Source: the human T2T-CHM13v2.0 reference genome, Homo sapiens. Taken from it: a DNA stretch of 64,000 nt. The translations under genes were made by a program, and so were the position numbers. The notes under the pieces were generated by a model. That model had not been told where the DNA came from, did no database searches, and was given only the letters and a program-made list of their open reading frames with translations. The DNA lies in NCBI RefSeq assembly GCF_009914755.1, contig NC_060936.1. One strand, 5' to 3'. Positions 14,850 to 27,710 of the stretch are shown here, piece after piece (position 1 is the first letter of the stretch; every line of letters begins with the position of its first letter).

Positions 14850-15085
14850 TTTTAGTGTCATTTTCTCCCAGAAGTCTTCCTAATTCCCTGTACCAGGTTT
14901 AGGGCCTCAAGTTATATGTTCCTGTTTCTTTTAACGTTTGTTTGTTTAAATAAACTTAGTCAATTGTTTTTCGTCCATTGCCAGTAGACCCATGAGGGCA
15001 AAGGACATATTTTTCTTGTTTACTATTGTGACTTCAGGGTCTAGCAATGTGATTGCCAAATAAATCCTTATTCAATGAATAAAGA
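14850..15085 (+). mobile_element. L2 3' end fragment
   Basis: tagacccatgagggcaaaggac...tctagcaatgtg...aatgaataaa. Confidence 0.6.
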
Positions 15086-15384
15086 GTAAATTTAACTGTT
15101 TCCAAATTTCAGGCTCTGTTGAACACAAGAAGGTTCAATCTAGGTTTATGTTTAGGGTTATTTATTCAATTATTTGTATTATATTAAAAGATGTAAATTT
15201 AGTCTAGAAACATAAAGGCCATAAGTTATTGTGGAGAAAAAATATTGTTTTGAATCCAACACTGTTGTTGAGTATTCATTTGCATACTCTAATTACCTAC
15301 CAACTTCACTTGACAATGTTAATATTTTAATGTTATAATTCACATAATTTTGATGTGGTTTTGTTGTCAGAAAATATGGTGAGC

Positions 15385-15774
15385 ATATTCATCTGTTGAA
15401 ACCTAGTCTACAATGTAATATTATTTGGTGATGGGGCCTTTGGGAGGTTATTAGAGTAAGATTAGGTCATGAGGGTGGGGCTTTCATGGTGAAATTAATA
15501 CCCTTGTGAAAAAGAGGAGGAGTCACAAGATCTGTATATCGCATTCCCAGTGTAGACACCAAGGAAAGGCTATGTGAGAAAATAATGAGAAGATAGACAT
15601 CTACCAACCAGGAAGAGAGCCCTCACCAAAAATTGAAATTCACTGAGGGAGTTGAATAGATAGGCACCTTGATCTTGAACGTCCCGGACTCCTGAACTGT
15701 GATAAATAAGTGCTTGCCGTTTAAGCCACCCAGTTTATGGTATTTTGTCATAGCAGCTAGAACTGGCTAAGACA
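15385..15774 (+). mobile_element. MLT1A-like LTR lacking its extreme 5' end
   Basis: ggggcctttgggagg...gtttaagccacccagtttatggtattttgtcatagcagc...ctaagaca. Confidence 0.85.
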
Positions 15775-17616
15775 GCATTTTAATCTAATTATGATCATAT
15801 TGTAGTGTACAAGGTAAATTGTTTATATAATTGTTAGACTAGTTTTGGTAGTGATGAATGTCACTCCTCAAAATTCGTATGTAATTGCAAGTAATACTAA
15901 TTTCTTGTGTTTTAAAATTGTTCTCTCTATAGATTTTTTTCCTATGTATACTCTGAAATTGGAGTTCTTAATTTCAATGCATTTTTGTTGTTTGTTTATT
16001 TTAATCCATTATAACAATTTTATTTAGGGGCTTCATATAGTAAGCCCTGCTATATTTATTCAGGAATTTAAACACATGTAATTTTGTTTCAATGATTATA
16101 GTAATAACAATAGGTGATTTTTTCCAGATTTCTGTTTGCTCTCATATATTAATATTTACACCTAAGCATTTTTTGAGAACCTACAAAAGTGTTACTTCTT
16201 CCAAAAACCTCTGTACTTCAGACCACTCTGAATGCCCTTCCCTGAATCTATAAGCTTCAGGGAATTTCATTATTATAATAGTTTTGTACCCATTGAAATG
16301 ATCTATATACAGGTTCTTTTCATTCAGTAGGCTATAAGCTCCTTGATGAGTGAGGCAAAATATTGTTGAGCTTTTTATTTCTAGTTATTAACACAGGATC
16401 TTTAATGTAGTAGATGTTTAAGGAATACTTTGAACTCGATCAGCTTTAGGTATTAGACAATAATTTCTAATTTATAATATAAGAAATAATTTAAAATCTT
16501 AATAGAATAAGGATTATGCAGAGACACAGATATACGTTCTTTATGCAGATATAAAAGCCAAATATTATTCTGTTATAAGAAGAGAGTAAAGCAGGTCGAT
16601 GCTGTTGTAAGCCCGCTTGACAACATGTACTTTTTATATAAAACTAAGTTGGGTGTTTTTAAGCTTATCCCTGGCCAAGAGCCAGATTGAAGGAAAATGT
16701 ACCATTTAACTGAAGATATGGTCTTATTTAAATCTAAAGGCCATTATTTTATGTATTCTTTTAAAACTTTGAACCCAAAATCCTGTAAAATATCAAGATC
16801 TTAATAATATATCTGTAGGGTATTGATAATTTGCAACATCAAAACTTCTGCTGAGTAGATTTTGAGTCATATATTTAAAATACCTATACTATTTTATAAA
16901 TTAGAACATTTAAAACATTTGAAAATATTAAAAATGTTAAAAAGAATTTCAAAGTCAGTAGGACAACCCTTGCTAGACTTCCCCTCCTGCAATGCACCAT
17001 CAGTCTGGAAAATTGAAAAAAGTCAAGGTTTGCTAAATAGCTGTTGCAGAACACAATTCTTAATTAAGTCATGCTTTTGGAGTTATAAACTTTAATATAC
17101 TTTTTCATGGCATTCTATATTTTACAATAGCTGCTCCTCTCAGAATATATATCCTCTGACAACATTGGGCATATTAGTCACTAATACATAGCTTCATATT
17201 TGGAAAAAGAAAAAAATTATAAGGAAAATCTCCACATATCCTACAACAAAGAGTTACATCAGAGAGCATGTTAATACTCATAATAAGCTTAGAGTTCTAC
17301 CAAGTATATTTCTTATGTGCCTTCAAACATAGTTGTGCTTCTGCATCAGTAGAATATTATGCTAGAAACTCTGTTATGGGCTCAAAGAGGAACCCCATTA
17401 TTACAAAAGGAGTTCTATAGGTAAAGCTAGCATATTGCAATGTAACCCTGTCTACAGCGCCAGAAATGTGTATTGAGAGCTCCATTAGGTGCACAGGAAC
17501 ACAGCAGTGACACATTTAAATACCAAGTGCTGCAGAAAAGTGCCACTAGCTTTTCCAAGGGACTGAAATTGGGCAGCCCAGATTTAAACTGTGGTTTTAA
17601 TTTGACTTATGATTCT

Positions 17617-17635
17617 CTTGCCCTCTAGTGGGTCT
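17617..17635 (-). promoter_or_regulatory. Candidate CTCF core motif
   Basis: Minus strand reads CCACTAGAGGGCAA, close to the CTCF core CCACYAGRGGGCR, in apparently non-repetitive sequence. Confidence 0.6.
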
Positions 17636-20219
17636 AGAAGTTGAAAATAGATGTCTGTATTACTATATATTATCTGTGATTCTTGTAGAGATTGAACTGG
17701 AGAAGAAAAATCCTTAGACTTCAGTCCCTGCAAAGCCCTCATTGACTTAAGAGGAATTTATCAATGTAAAGGGATTGGTTTATTACTGCTTTAAACCCCT
17801 CATGTATCACAAAGGGATTTGCTAAATACTTTCATAGGGACTGCTGTGTGTTGCCAAGGGGCTTCAGAAAAGCACTGAACCTTTTGGTGATTGAAATGTA
17901 CAGTCCTGCTGCAATGAAGTAACATAATTGGAATCAGGACTAGATGTTTTTATAGGAGCTGATTATGTGCAGTTCCAAAAGTATCATTACTTTAGCCTGT
18001 CTTATCCTTGAGGGCATAAGAACACTTAAAAAAGGGCTTTAAATATGATGGCTGCTCAGTAGGTGAGCAAGTCTTTGGTGAGAGGTGCATTAGCTATAAT
18101 TTATAAAGTGTAGTTGGTGGCATTTAACGTTCTAATTATATGTAATAAGATACGTTAAATGGTAATATATTGTGTGTGCTATCCACCTTTTACAAAAGTT
18201 CTAATCCATTTATACTACTGTGATCTATTAGAGAAGCACAGATTCTTCTTCATGGTATATTAACCATATGAAATATTAGGGTAATTGAAGCCTGAATCCA
18301 AGTAATTATAAATCTATTTATTGAAAAAAATCATTGATATGCCTGGCATGAACAAACAGCTAAATATGTCAGGTAGCCACAGAGCAGCAAGTGATATAAA
18401 TTTTAAAATCCAACAATTTAAGTTTCAAATTAGAAGTTTTGTCATTAATGTTCTCATAAAATTATATTGTGTTAAAGATCTGTGTAATACCTAACTCCAT
18501 TAATATTTTGAGTATTATTTTTTAATTGGCAATCTAGAATTCATGTTAAATATGAGTTTGCTTATTAATTACAAGTAAATACAATAACTAAAAAATAAAA
18601 TTCTGCTATGACCTAATGATCACTTTTCTTCCCCACAAGATGCCTAACATTGTAAACTTTTGAAAATAGCCCATAAATGAATCTTTCTAGCGTAGCTTCC
18701 AACAATTGTATTTTCTAATAATATCACTTTTTTAAAAAAGGTGGATGGGTGATTAAAATAAATGAAATCACTGGATTTCATTTAGACTAACACTGTAATC
18801 TATGAGTAGATGAATGCTTACTTATGAAACAGGATGTTAAAACAGGCTAATAATTTATATTCATAGACAACTGTGAGAATTACAGAAAATATGTTAAGGA
18901 TTATTTTTAATTAGAAACAATAAATCAAGTCAAATTTACAAGATATTGTCTATTTGAGACTGTGACGTAATGACTGGGTGAAAACATCTGAAGATATGCT
19001 TTTTACAGACACCAAACCAGACCAGTCTCTGTTTGAAGACATACATGATTACTTTTGAAATATTTTTAGATGGTCATAACTTCATAATAAGTAGTTTTTT
19101 TGCAACTTACTTGCATTGCTTATGTTTATAGCAACCACTATGTCCTCCTCCAGAACATTATCTTTCAAACTTGAAATAATCATAATCATAATTAATATAA
19201 TGACAATGGATGTAGGAGAAATACAAACCTAATTTTTATTCTCAATGATGATTATGGATAGAATAACTAAACCCACATGTGTATTACCTTTCCCCATAGA
19301 CATATTTTACACTTTGGACACCTAAAGTCCAGCTAAAAAGAAGTAATTGCCTACGTCCCCTATGACGGAAATCCAAAATATATAATAAATGCATTTAGCT
19401 CATGAACGATTTTTAAATTTCTGTTTGATTTGTTGCTGGAGATCTCAGTTACTCTCTTTCTTGTTAACACATCCACACCCAACCTCCAATACAGCTGTTT
19501 ACATGAAGCAAGAGATTGGGAAGCCTGAGAATGAATACCTGATTCTAGCTGGGCAAATAATTTTGTGTTTCTTTGAGGAGTTTGGAATGCTGATAGACTG
19601 AATTAGGTAGGCATAAACAACAGTTTCAAGTGTCCATATATTTGGCACTATTGTTGCTGACAATGACAGCTTAAACAATGGTCAAATGAAAATTGTGAAA
19701 AACAAAAAAATGAAATACCACGCCTAAGTAGCCACTCTTCAGAGAGGAAAATTTAAATGCATAGAGAGATGAAAAATCTTGCAGCCCTGCAAATAAATGA
19801 AGGTGCTCTGCAAATGTACATTTCTAATGTGGCCACATTATATTCCTTGTAATTAATTCCTTCATATTTTTTATTCCTATTTCACTTAAACTCATTTGAA
19901 TGGGCATTATTTTATAATAAAAACATCCTTGATTATGATTCTGTATTAACAAAGATAATCATACCAAAATTTGTCATTTTTTTAGTACTCACAACAGAAT
20001 TATTCTTTTCTAGAGAAATTAAAGCTATAGGGGCTTTTTACTTTCAACATTATTAAACTAATATTTTGTTTTAATTTTAAATGAGAAGTTAATTGATATT
20101 TTGCTTGTGGAGTATGCTGTAGAATTATTTTAGATACAATAAACTATTATGATGTTTAATTTTGTCATTTGCAATATAATTATATTCATTTGTATCATTG
20201 AGTTTTCAGTGTAGTCAGA

Positions 20220-20643
20220 TTAAGTAATACAGAAGTTTATTTCTCTCACATACAATTTTCCAAGTAGACAAGTGGTCCAGGGCAGCTGTATTTCATGTCT
20301 TTATCTGGATACTCAGGTTGGCAATAACTTCCACTCACCTCAAAAAGCTTTTTTTCTACTGTTTGTCCAATGTAGTAGTTACAAAACTGTCCATTCCACA
20401 ACCAGTAGAAAGGAATAAAGGGGAAATTAATGACAGAGCTTTATTCTATGGAAATATCATGAAGGTGCATGCATGCCATCTGCTCATATTGCTATAGTAG
20501 GGCTTTATCCGAATGCTCATACCTAGCTGTATAAGGAGTTTTTTTAGCTTTAGCCTTCAGACCTGCTAAAATTTGGATGTGGACGGTTTATTAGTAAAAG
20601 GAAAAAAGACATAACTATTGGTGAGAAATTAGAATCTCTGCCA
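20220..20643 (-). mobile_element. MLT1J-like LTR
   Basis: agaagtttatttctctcaca, tctgctcatatt, catacctagctg; ends tctctgcca. Confidence 0.6.
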
Positions 20644-22063
20644 ATGAACAATCCTCTCACTTATTTTGTATGTATCTTTCTTGTATAACAATAGTAATAC
20701 TTAGAAATCATAGGTTGATGGAGGTAGAGACTTTGTCAATTATCAATGGAATGAGTTTTCACTCATTTAAAGATTCTATTCAGGATATATATATATGCAT
20801 AAAACTTATTTGGAAGAAGAAATATATTTTAATACAACAAAATATGTAGTATTAAATAAAATTAAATGTGGATTAAATTAAATATCAATTTTAAAGGACA
20901 TTTTTCTCATTACAAAGTTTTTCTTATTAGAAATAACTTATTAGAAATATTGCAAGTGCTAATAAGAAATTGAATAAGAAATGTGGTTTCAGAAGGGAAA
21001 AATAAAAACAAGCAAATGTTACACAAAGTAGAATACATTGCCATTTTTGCCATAACGTTCTAAGAAAAATTGTGATGAGGTAAGAAAGCACTAAACAAAA
21101 AAGTCTATATTCTTAAAATCACTACACTTCCACAATTTTAATCACTGATGAACAAGCCTTATGGCTTAGGAGAAACTGGAGAAAGTAAAAATGAAAAGGT
21201 GTTTCATGGATTAGAAAGGTATTGACCTTTTGATTCTCCGTTTAATTTACACTGATTGCATCAGACAAGGAGGGTAAAGTCTACAAATTATAGCTAATGT
21301 GAGAAAGTTAGAAATAACTTAATATAGAAGTTAGAAACTAATAGAAAATAAGTTTGTGGGTTTTTTTTTTTCCTGACAACAATCGAAATCAGCTTTCTTA
21401 TCAAAGTGGTAGAAAAATAGAATGATATAAAAGGCATTAATATAGGGAAACATGCACGATCAGCAACCACGTCTTCTTTCATTCCAAGAAAAAGTTTTAC
21501 TTCAAAACATCAGAGGTTTAAAAGAAAAATCAAATTTTCTATGTGGATTTTCGGGACAATATCCAACCAGAATTACCTCTTCAAGTTAGAGTGTTTAATA
21601 TCCATTCAACCTGGCCTCTTTATGGAATCTTTCTTTAGTTTAGCTGTAAGAAAATAGGCTTAGAATCAAAAGTCCCAGAATCTCAACAAACAATGTCATA
21701 GTTATATGATTTAGGGCAAGGCCTTCTTTTCCCTGTACCTTTTTTTTTTTTTCTCTTAAAGTTATATATGAAAACTCTTTGAATTTTTCTCTGGGACGCT
21801 TATTAAAGAAACTGCATCATATTGCTGTTGTGTATTGCGGTGAAGATAGGAAAATGCGGGGGATAAACAGGAAGCATCTTTCAAGATCATCAATTACTAG
21901 AACTTTTTGTGGAAGGAAGGACCATTATTGATATATGAAAATAAATAAATTATAGAACATGAGTAAAAATTTGCATTAAGGTGAGGTAATAAATATGTGA
22001 TTGTGTTCATTTTTGAATCTTTTGCTCTTGACTTATACGTGTCTTGAATACTATGCAGTTCTT

Positions 22064-22299
22064 TTTTTTTATACTTTAAGTTCTAGGGTACATGTGCACA
22101 GCATGCAGGTTTGTTGCATAGGTATATATGTGCCATGTTGGTTTGCTGCACCCATCAGCTAGTCATTTACATTCAGTATTTCTCTAATGTTGTCCCTCTC
22201 CCTGTCCCCCAGCCCCCAATCGGCCCGGGTGTGTGATGTTCCCTGCCCTGTTGTGGAAGACAGTGTGGTAATTCCTCAAGGATCTAGAACAAGAAATAC
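22064..22299 (-). mobile_element. Short L1PA6/7-like insertion with 5' inversion (3'UTR 22064-22251 minus; inverted piece 22251-22299)
   Basis: 17-bp TSD aatactatgc(a/g)gttctt at 22047-22063 and 22295-22311; poly-T; inverted piece tgtggaagacagtgtggtaattcctcaaggatctagaac. Confidence 0.9.
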
Positions 22300-23070
22300 T
22301 ATGCGGTTCTTAATTGCTTCTTTTCCCTGTTCCCCTTCAACTCCATTCAACTCTGAAAACTTTGTTGAATAATGTGTGTTTCACTGTACATTTCATGCAT
22401 AGAGAAAAGTCACTGGACACTACAAGTATTTTGATATTTCTTTTTGCCTTCTAATTTTCTCCCTCATCAATGTATTTCACCAGCACTCAGTCCTGGGCTT
22501 TCTTATCATTCTTTCCTTTACACAAATACTATGCAACACAATTTAGCTTTATTTCCACAACTTGAATGCCATATTCAATGAAAAAAAATTTTATTTGTCC
22601 AGCCAAATGTATTTTTTGTCTATTATTCCTCAAGCATGCTGCCACTGAAGTAAAAGAATGTATGGCTCAGTTCATCCTAATACAAAATATTACATAACCT
22701 GCTTTTAATAAACTATGTATGCTTACATTCTCCCTCTGCATTTAAAAAGATTGGCTATTAGAACAAATCCTAGAACCATGCTTCTTCGTTTCAAATCCTG
22801 TCTGTCACTTATCATTACACAGTGGAGTAAAATAAGTGTCCCCTGTTATTACTGGTACTTGAATTAAAAAGTTTTAGAAGCAGAGAATGGCAGAAAAGCT
22901 CACACGAGGAGGGTTGAATTTGAATTCTGGGTCTGATGCTCACGAGTTGTGTGAGTTGGTTGAGTTTGCCTGATAAGTTTATCTAGAATCCATACTGATG
23001 GGACAGGCAAATCATTACTTTGCCTGATAAGTTTATCAAATTAATTGACTATCAAATTAATTAATTATCA

Positions 23071-23179
23071 AATTAATTGACTTTCTCATAAGTAGAGCTT
23101 CAGTAAAGGCTTAGGACTACATTTGAAATTATGTTATTTTTTAAAATTTAAGCTGCCTAAAAATATGTTAGAAAAATTT
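23071..23179 (+). repeat. About 110-bp direct duplicate of 23846-23960
   Basis: aattaattgactt..tcataa.tagagcttcagta.agg.ttagga.tacatttgaaattatgtt is shared by both copies. Confidence 0.9.
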
Positions 23180-24349
23180 AGTACCATAGTAAAAAGTAAT
23201 AATTGATCTTTCCGTGGTAAATCATAGCATATTATGTTACTGATAAATTTATTTGTGTATGTATATATGTATATATACTTTTGGAAATAAGTTGAAAGAG
23301 TATTTCAACATGAAGAAAATGAGTATATTTAACAATAAAAACATTTTGAAAAAAACAAGTATACACCTAATTTGTGTATTTTAGAGGGTTTATGATCAAT
23401 ATCAAAAAATGGTAAATCAGCTTGTCAACAAAGAAGAGATACTGGAGACATGGTAGGCTAACAAGTATGACTCCACTTCTCAAACCCCTATGCTTTATTT
23501 CTGAATCAATATTCTTGGCTGACTCAGAAAATGTATTAAAACAATCCATATGAGGACCAGGTTTCTGAACTGGAATATTTCAAACATGTGTGCTGGAACT
23601 TTTCACAGCATTTACCATTTCCTTGATTTACTCTCCAAAATTGATATAACAGTTGCAGAAAACATCTTAAGGAGTACACTGAGTGTGAAAAATGCTTCGT
23701 GAGCTGGAAATATTCTGAAACCTTGTGTTTTTTTTGTGGAGTAATAGAACACAAACATCTTTTGGTACTAAGATAAATATGCTCTCAGCCAAGTGTGTCT
23801 TTGCTTTTGAAATCTGATACCTGAGAATTTAACTAACACATTTCTAATTAATTGACTTCCTCATAAATAGAGCTTCAGTAGAGGTTTAGGATTACATTTG
23901 AAATTATGTTTTTCTTAATTTTTGTTTAAATTTAGCTACTTGAAATATGTTCAAACATTTTGATTCTAACAATTTTGAAAGCCCATAATACCAGAAATGT
24001 CACTTACATGGGTATAAGAACTATGTGTGCATTTTGTTTATATGTGAATTGACTTCTAAGAAGAATCACATCAACCAACTTTTGCATCCTAAAAGTGAGA
24101 AGCAGAAAGTTAGAATTCACTTGCCATATCTTCCATTATATTCTAATTTCAAAAAATTACCAGAAAAGAGGGCAAGCAAATATTAAATAAAAGCAAAATC
24201 TGGCATACAAGTCAGTAAGTGGAAAAGTCTAAAAGGAATCTGTAAGAAAAAACATATAAAGCTTTGAGTGAAAACAATGTAAGTGGGGCAAAAAGTAATG
24301 GGCTTTTTCTTGTATCATAATTCTTATGCTGAAATCCTTCATTATAGAA

Positions 24350-25020
24350 TGTCCTCATGACCATAGGGAGAAATGCTCTTTCTTCAGTAGGATATATTTA
24401 AAAAGAGGAAGTAAAGAAGGGAATGAAAGAAGTAAAAAAGGCCTTAAGAGCCTTAGATAGCACTCTCAAGAATTTAACTTCAGATTATAGAAAAAAAGAA
24501 ATACAGGAAAATTAGAAAAGTAAAAGCAGAAATTAGGTGATAAGAAAACCGGATAACTATAGCATTCAAAAGTAACAGTGTTTTATTTCATTAAAATATA
24601 CTGAATTCATAAATTTCTGGCAAGTCTAATCAACACAGAAAAAAGTTAAAGAAACTTGGAATGAAAACAATTATAACTAGCATGGGAGCAATTAAAAATA
24701 TGAGAATGTTATGAGCAATACTATACTAGTAAATATGCTGGAGGATTTTATTAAAAATGTGGCTGAAAAGCATAAATCTTAGAAGCATTCTAATGCTTAA
24801 ACCAGCAAAGCAAATTAAAATACAGTGAAATATTTTCACTGAAAAGGCACCATATTCAAGATGTTCTTTGAAAATTAAAGCACACAATAACCTAAAAACA
24901 GTGGTTCCCCAGGCTTATAGATTACTATGATTGCAGAATTTTATAAATTATTCAGTACTTTTTAAATATTCTATAAAGAACATAGCCTACTTTAATAATC
25001 ATGAAGAAAGCTTATTAAGA
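24350..25020 (+). mobile_element. Highly degraded L1M ORF2/3' fragments
   Basis: A-rich L1-like motifs (taaaagcagaaatt, ctggcaagtctaatcaa, tatgagcaatactatac). Confidence 0.45.
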
Positions 25021-25743
25021 ATTATTTCTGCCTTTAAAAGTTGGAAAGCAACATACTTAGGTGAATTAATGATCACAACAATTAATGCACCCAAAGTTAA
25101 ATGCTATTAGGTCAAATATGAGATATATGCATGCAGATAGATATAGTTAACTTTTATGAAGGCATTTATACAAAATGTACTGTTAGCATCAGGTGTTAAA
25201 TCAAATATAACTTGGACCAATTCATAAATTCAGTCTCTACATGCTCAGAAAACAATTATTTTATAAAGCAATCAATTGAATAGCAGAGGTTTAAGTAAGA
25301 ATTTCTCAATGGCAAAATCAGATGGATCTGACAAAGTGTTTAGCAAAAAACATCTTTGAAGATACTTTGTTTAAAACACAAAACTTCCATTAAGTTTCAA
25401 GAGAGACAAGCATTTAAGGACATTCTTATCCTCTTGTCTATTTGAATCATTATTTACTAGAATAATCATTACTAGGAAATATGCCTGATTCATTTTCTTC
25501 ACATGCTTACTATATGAGGCCTGACATATCACAGTAATTACTGTCAAGAGGATTACTATTAAAAGAATTATTTTCTCTGTAAAGTGTTTTCACTTAAAAC
25601 AAAAAGAATAAAAGTAGTCATTAGGTGCCTATTATGGAATGATCTGCTCTGAAACAGCCTCACAAACTCTCTCTTCTACTTTATGAGCTTCAGATTTCAC
25701 TGATCAAATGTCATTTTTTCAAAAAGTATTTTTTTTACCACTT

Positions 25744-26125
25744 GTGTTAAATTGTATTGTTGTTCACAATTATTCACTCCTCCGGGAAAATTATACTTTC
25801 TTGTCCAGTTGACTTTAGGTTTGGCCATGTGACTTGTGTTTTCCAATAGTATGTGATGCAAAGGCACTTGTGTTCTTCTATGCATAAGGCTTAAGCATCT
25901 TCACATTGTTGCCGAGTTCACATCTTCCCTCTGCCAGGATGCCTTCTAATATTCTGAATAAAAGCCGTCCTGTCAACCTGAACACCAGAGGGAAGACAAC
26001 ATGGAAAAGTGCCATGTTTGACCTATGATTAATGTGTAATATTAGCAATAATTAAATGTTTATTGTCTTAAACTTCTGAGATTTGGGGTTTGATTGTTAT
26101 AGTATAACCTAGCTTATTTTCAGGG
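25744..26125 (+). mobile_element. MLT1I/J-like LTR within L2 fragments
   Basis: ttgactttaggtttggccatgtgacttg; ctgagatttggggtttgattgtta...cctagc. Confidence 0.7.
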
Positions 26126-26486
26126 ATTATTACCTTATATAAAACAGCAGATACGCTTCCTCTAATGTGTTTCATTTTTTATAGCACTTTTTTTTCACTT
26201 AACATGTATATTTATATATTTATTATCTTTCTTCATCCATGGGAATCTAAGCTCCATATTTTCATTTGTGAATCCCCAGTGTCTAGTTCAGTTATTCTAG
26301 TAATTATTATTCAGATGGAAGTTGCAGGAAGAACATCTCAAACTAAGGTGGAAATTCTCCCAAAATGCCAGAGAAGAGATACAAGCTGCTGAATTAGATC
26401 AACTTCAATTAATTTTTTTAGCTGGAGGGAAAAGAAATGAATCAAAATGGGAACGACAGTAAATTGGAGGACTAGCTTACTGCACT

Positions 26487-27158
26487 TGTGTAGTCTTGAT
26501 CCAATCAGGACAGGGAAACTATAAGTAATTCGAACAGGGCAAGTTTAATATATAGAAACATTAAATATTAAATAGGGTTGGAGTAATGAAGGGTAGGATA
26601 GTAAGAGGAAAACTAAATAACAAATGTAAGAAGCAGCCAGAAGTACAAAACAATAACAAAAAGAACTAGGGTTGAGATAGGAAGATCAGAAAAGAGACTT
26701 AGCTCCTCTCTTTTTCCCCATCCATGGCTGACATTTAGAACTCATTGGAGGTTATGGTTCTGACTCCCTGCCTGGCAGAGAAGTCACTGTGGTTCTGCAC
26801 CTGTGGAACTTGCTGAAAATATGTCCTTTAACAGAAATATGTTGACTAAATAGTGTCTTACTGTGGCATTCTACTACAAAACCATCCAAGAAGGTTTGCT
26901 GGGGGAATTAAATGCTGGTCTCTATAAACTGCAAGAGCAGGGTGATTAAAAAAAAAAAAAAGCTACCTACATTAGCATGTCAGAACGAGGAAGCAAAAAC
27001 TCTTTCCTCTTCCAGTGTCTGTCCAGCACCCTCTATTTACACAGCTTGAAGTCATGATAACAAAATAAAATAACTTGTAGATCTTAGATTTACTTTAACA
27101 GATCAGACAATGCATTATGAAGTTGGAGCCTAAAAGCAGTAAGTTGATAACTGACATA
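26487..27158 (-). mobile_element. LTR41-like ERVL solo LTR
   Basis: Right end ttggagcctaaaagcagtaagttgataactgacata is the reverse complement of the recalled LTR41 start; internal ccagcaccctcta. Confidence 0.65.
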
Positions 27159-27159
27159 C

Positions 27160-27710
27160 CGGACAAGAGACCTTGATGATCATTCCAAAGAAGTGAAAAG
27201 GGAGTGTAATACTTTTGATAGATGTAGAGCCATTAACAAAGTAGATTGACGGGATTTGATAACAGATTGTGTATGTGATTGAAGAAGAAGGAGAAGTCAA
27301 GAACCCCTAGATTGTACTGTGGATGATTGATGCCTTGGAATGTGGAATTCAGAAAGAAAGCAATCTCCTTCTTTGATACTACAAAAACAAACAAACAAAA
27401 AGATTCAAAGAGATTTTCAGGGAATGAAGTTAGTGAGTAACATTTAATTCAATACATCAAATTAAAGATATGCATTAAATATCTATATGGAAGTGTCCTC
27501 TGGGTAATTGAATATAAAGATCTGGAGTTCAGGAAAGAGATCTAACCTGGGATACAGATTTTTAAATTTTCTACAACATAATTATTAAATATTTCATATA
27601 GATGCTAGCAGAGAATTGCTAGGTAACATAATAGAAACTGGATGATATTAGCAAAAGTGCAGTGAAGGCTGCTAAGGACAGGTACCCTAGAGGACACTAA
27701 TATTTAACGG
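27160..27710 (-). mobile_element. L2 fragments
   Basis: gagaagtcaagaa, gatctggagttcaggaaagagatct..ctgg. Confidence 0.55.

Noticed and set aside
21036-21060. attgccatttttgccataac resembling MADE1
   Set aside because: Too short, with no TIR end or TA boundary.
23034-23081. Short direct repeats as a CRISPR-like array
   Set aside because: Adjacent 16-bp units without spacers in primate DNA; explained by slippage.
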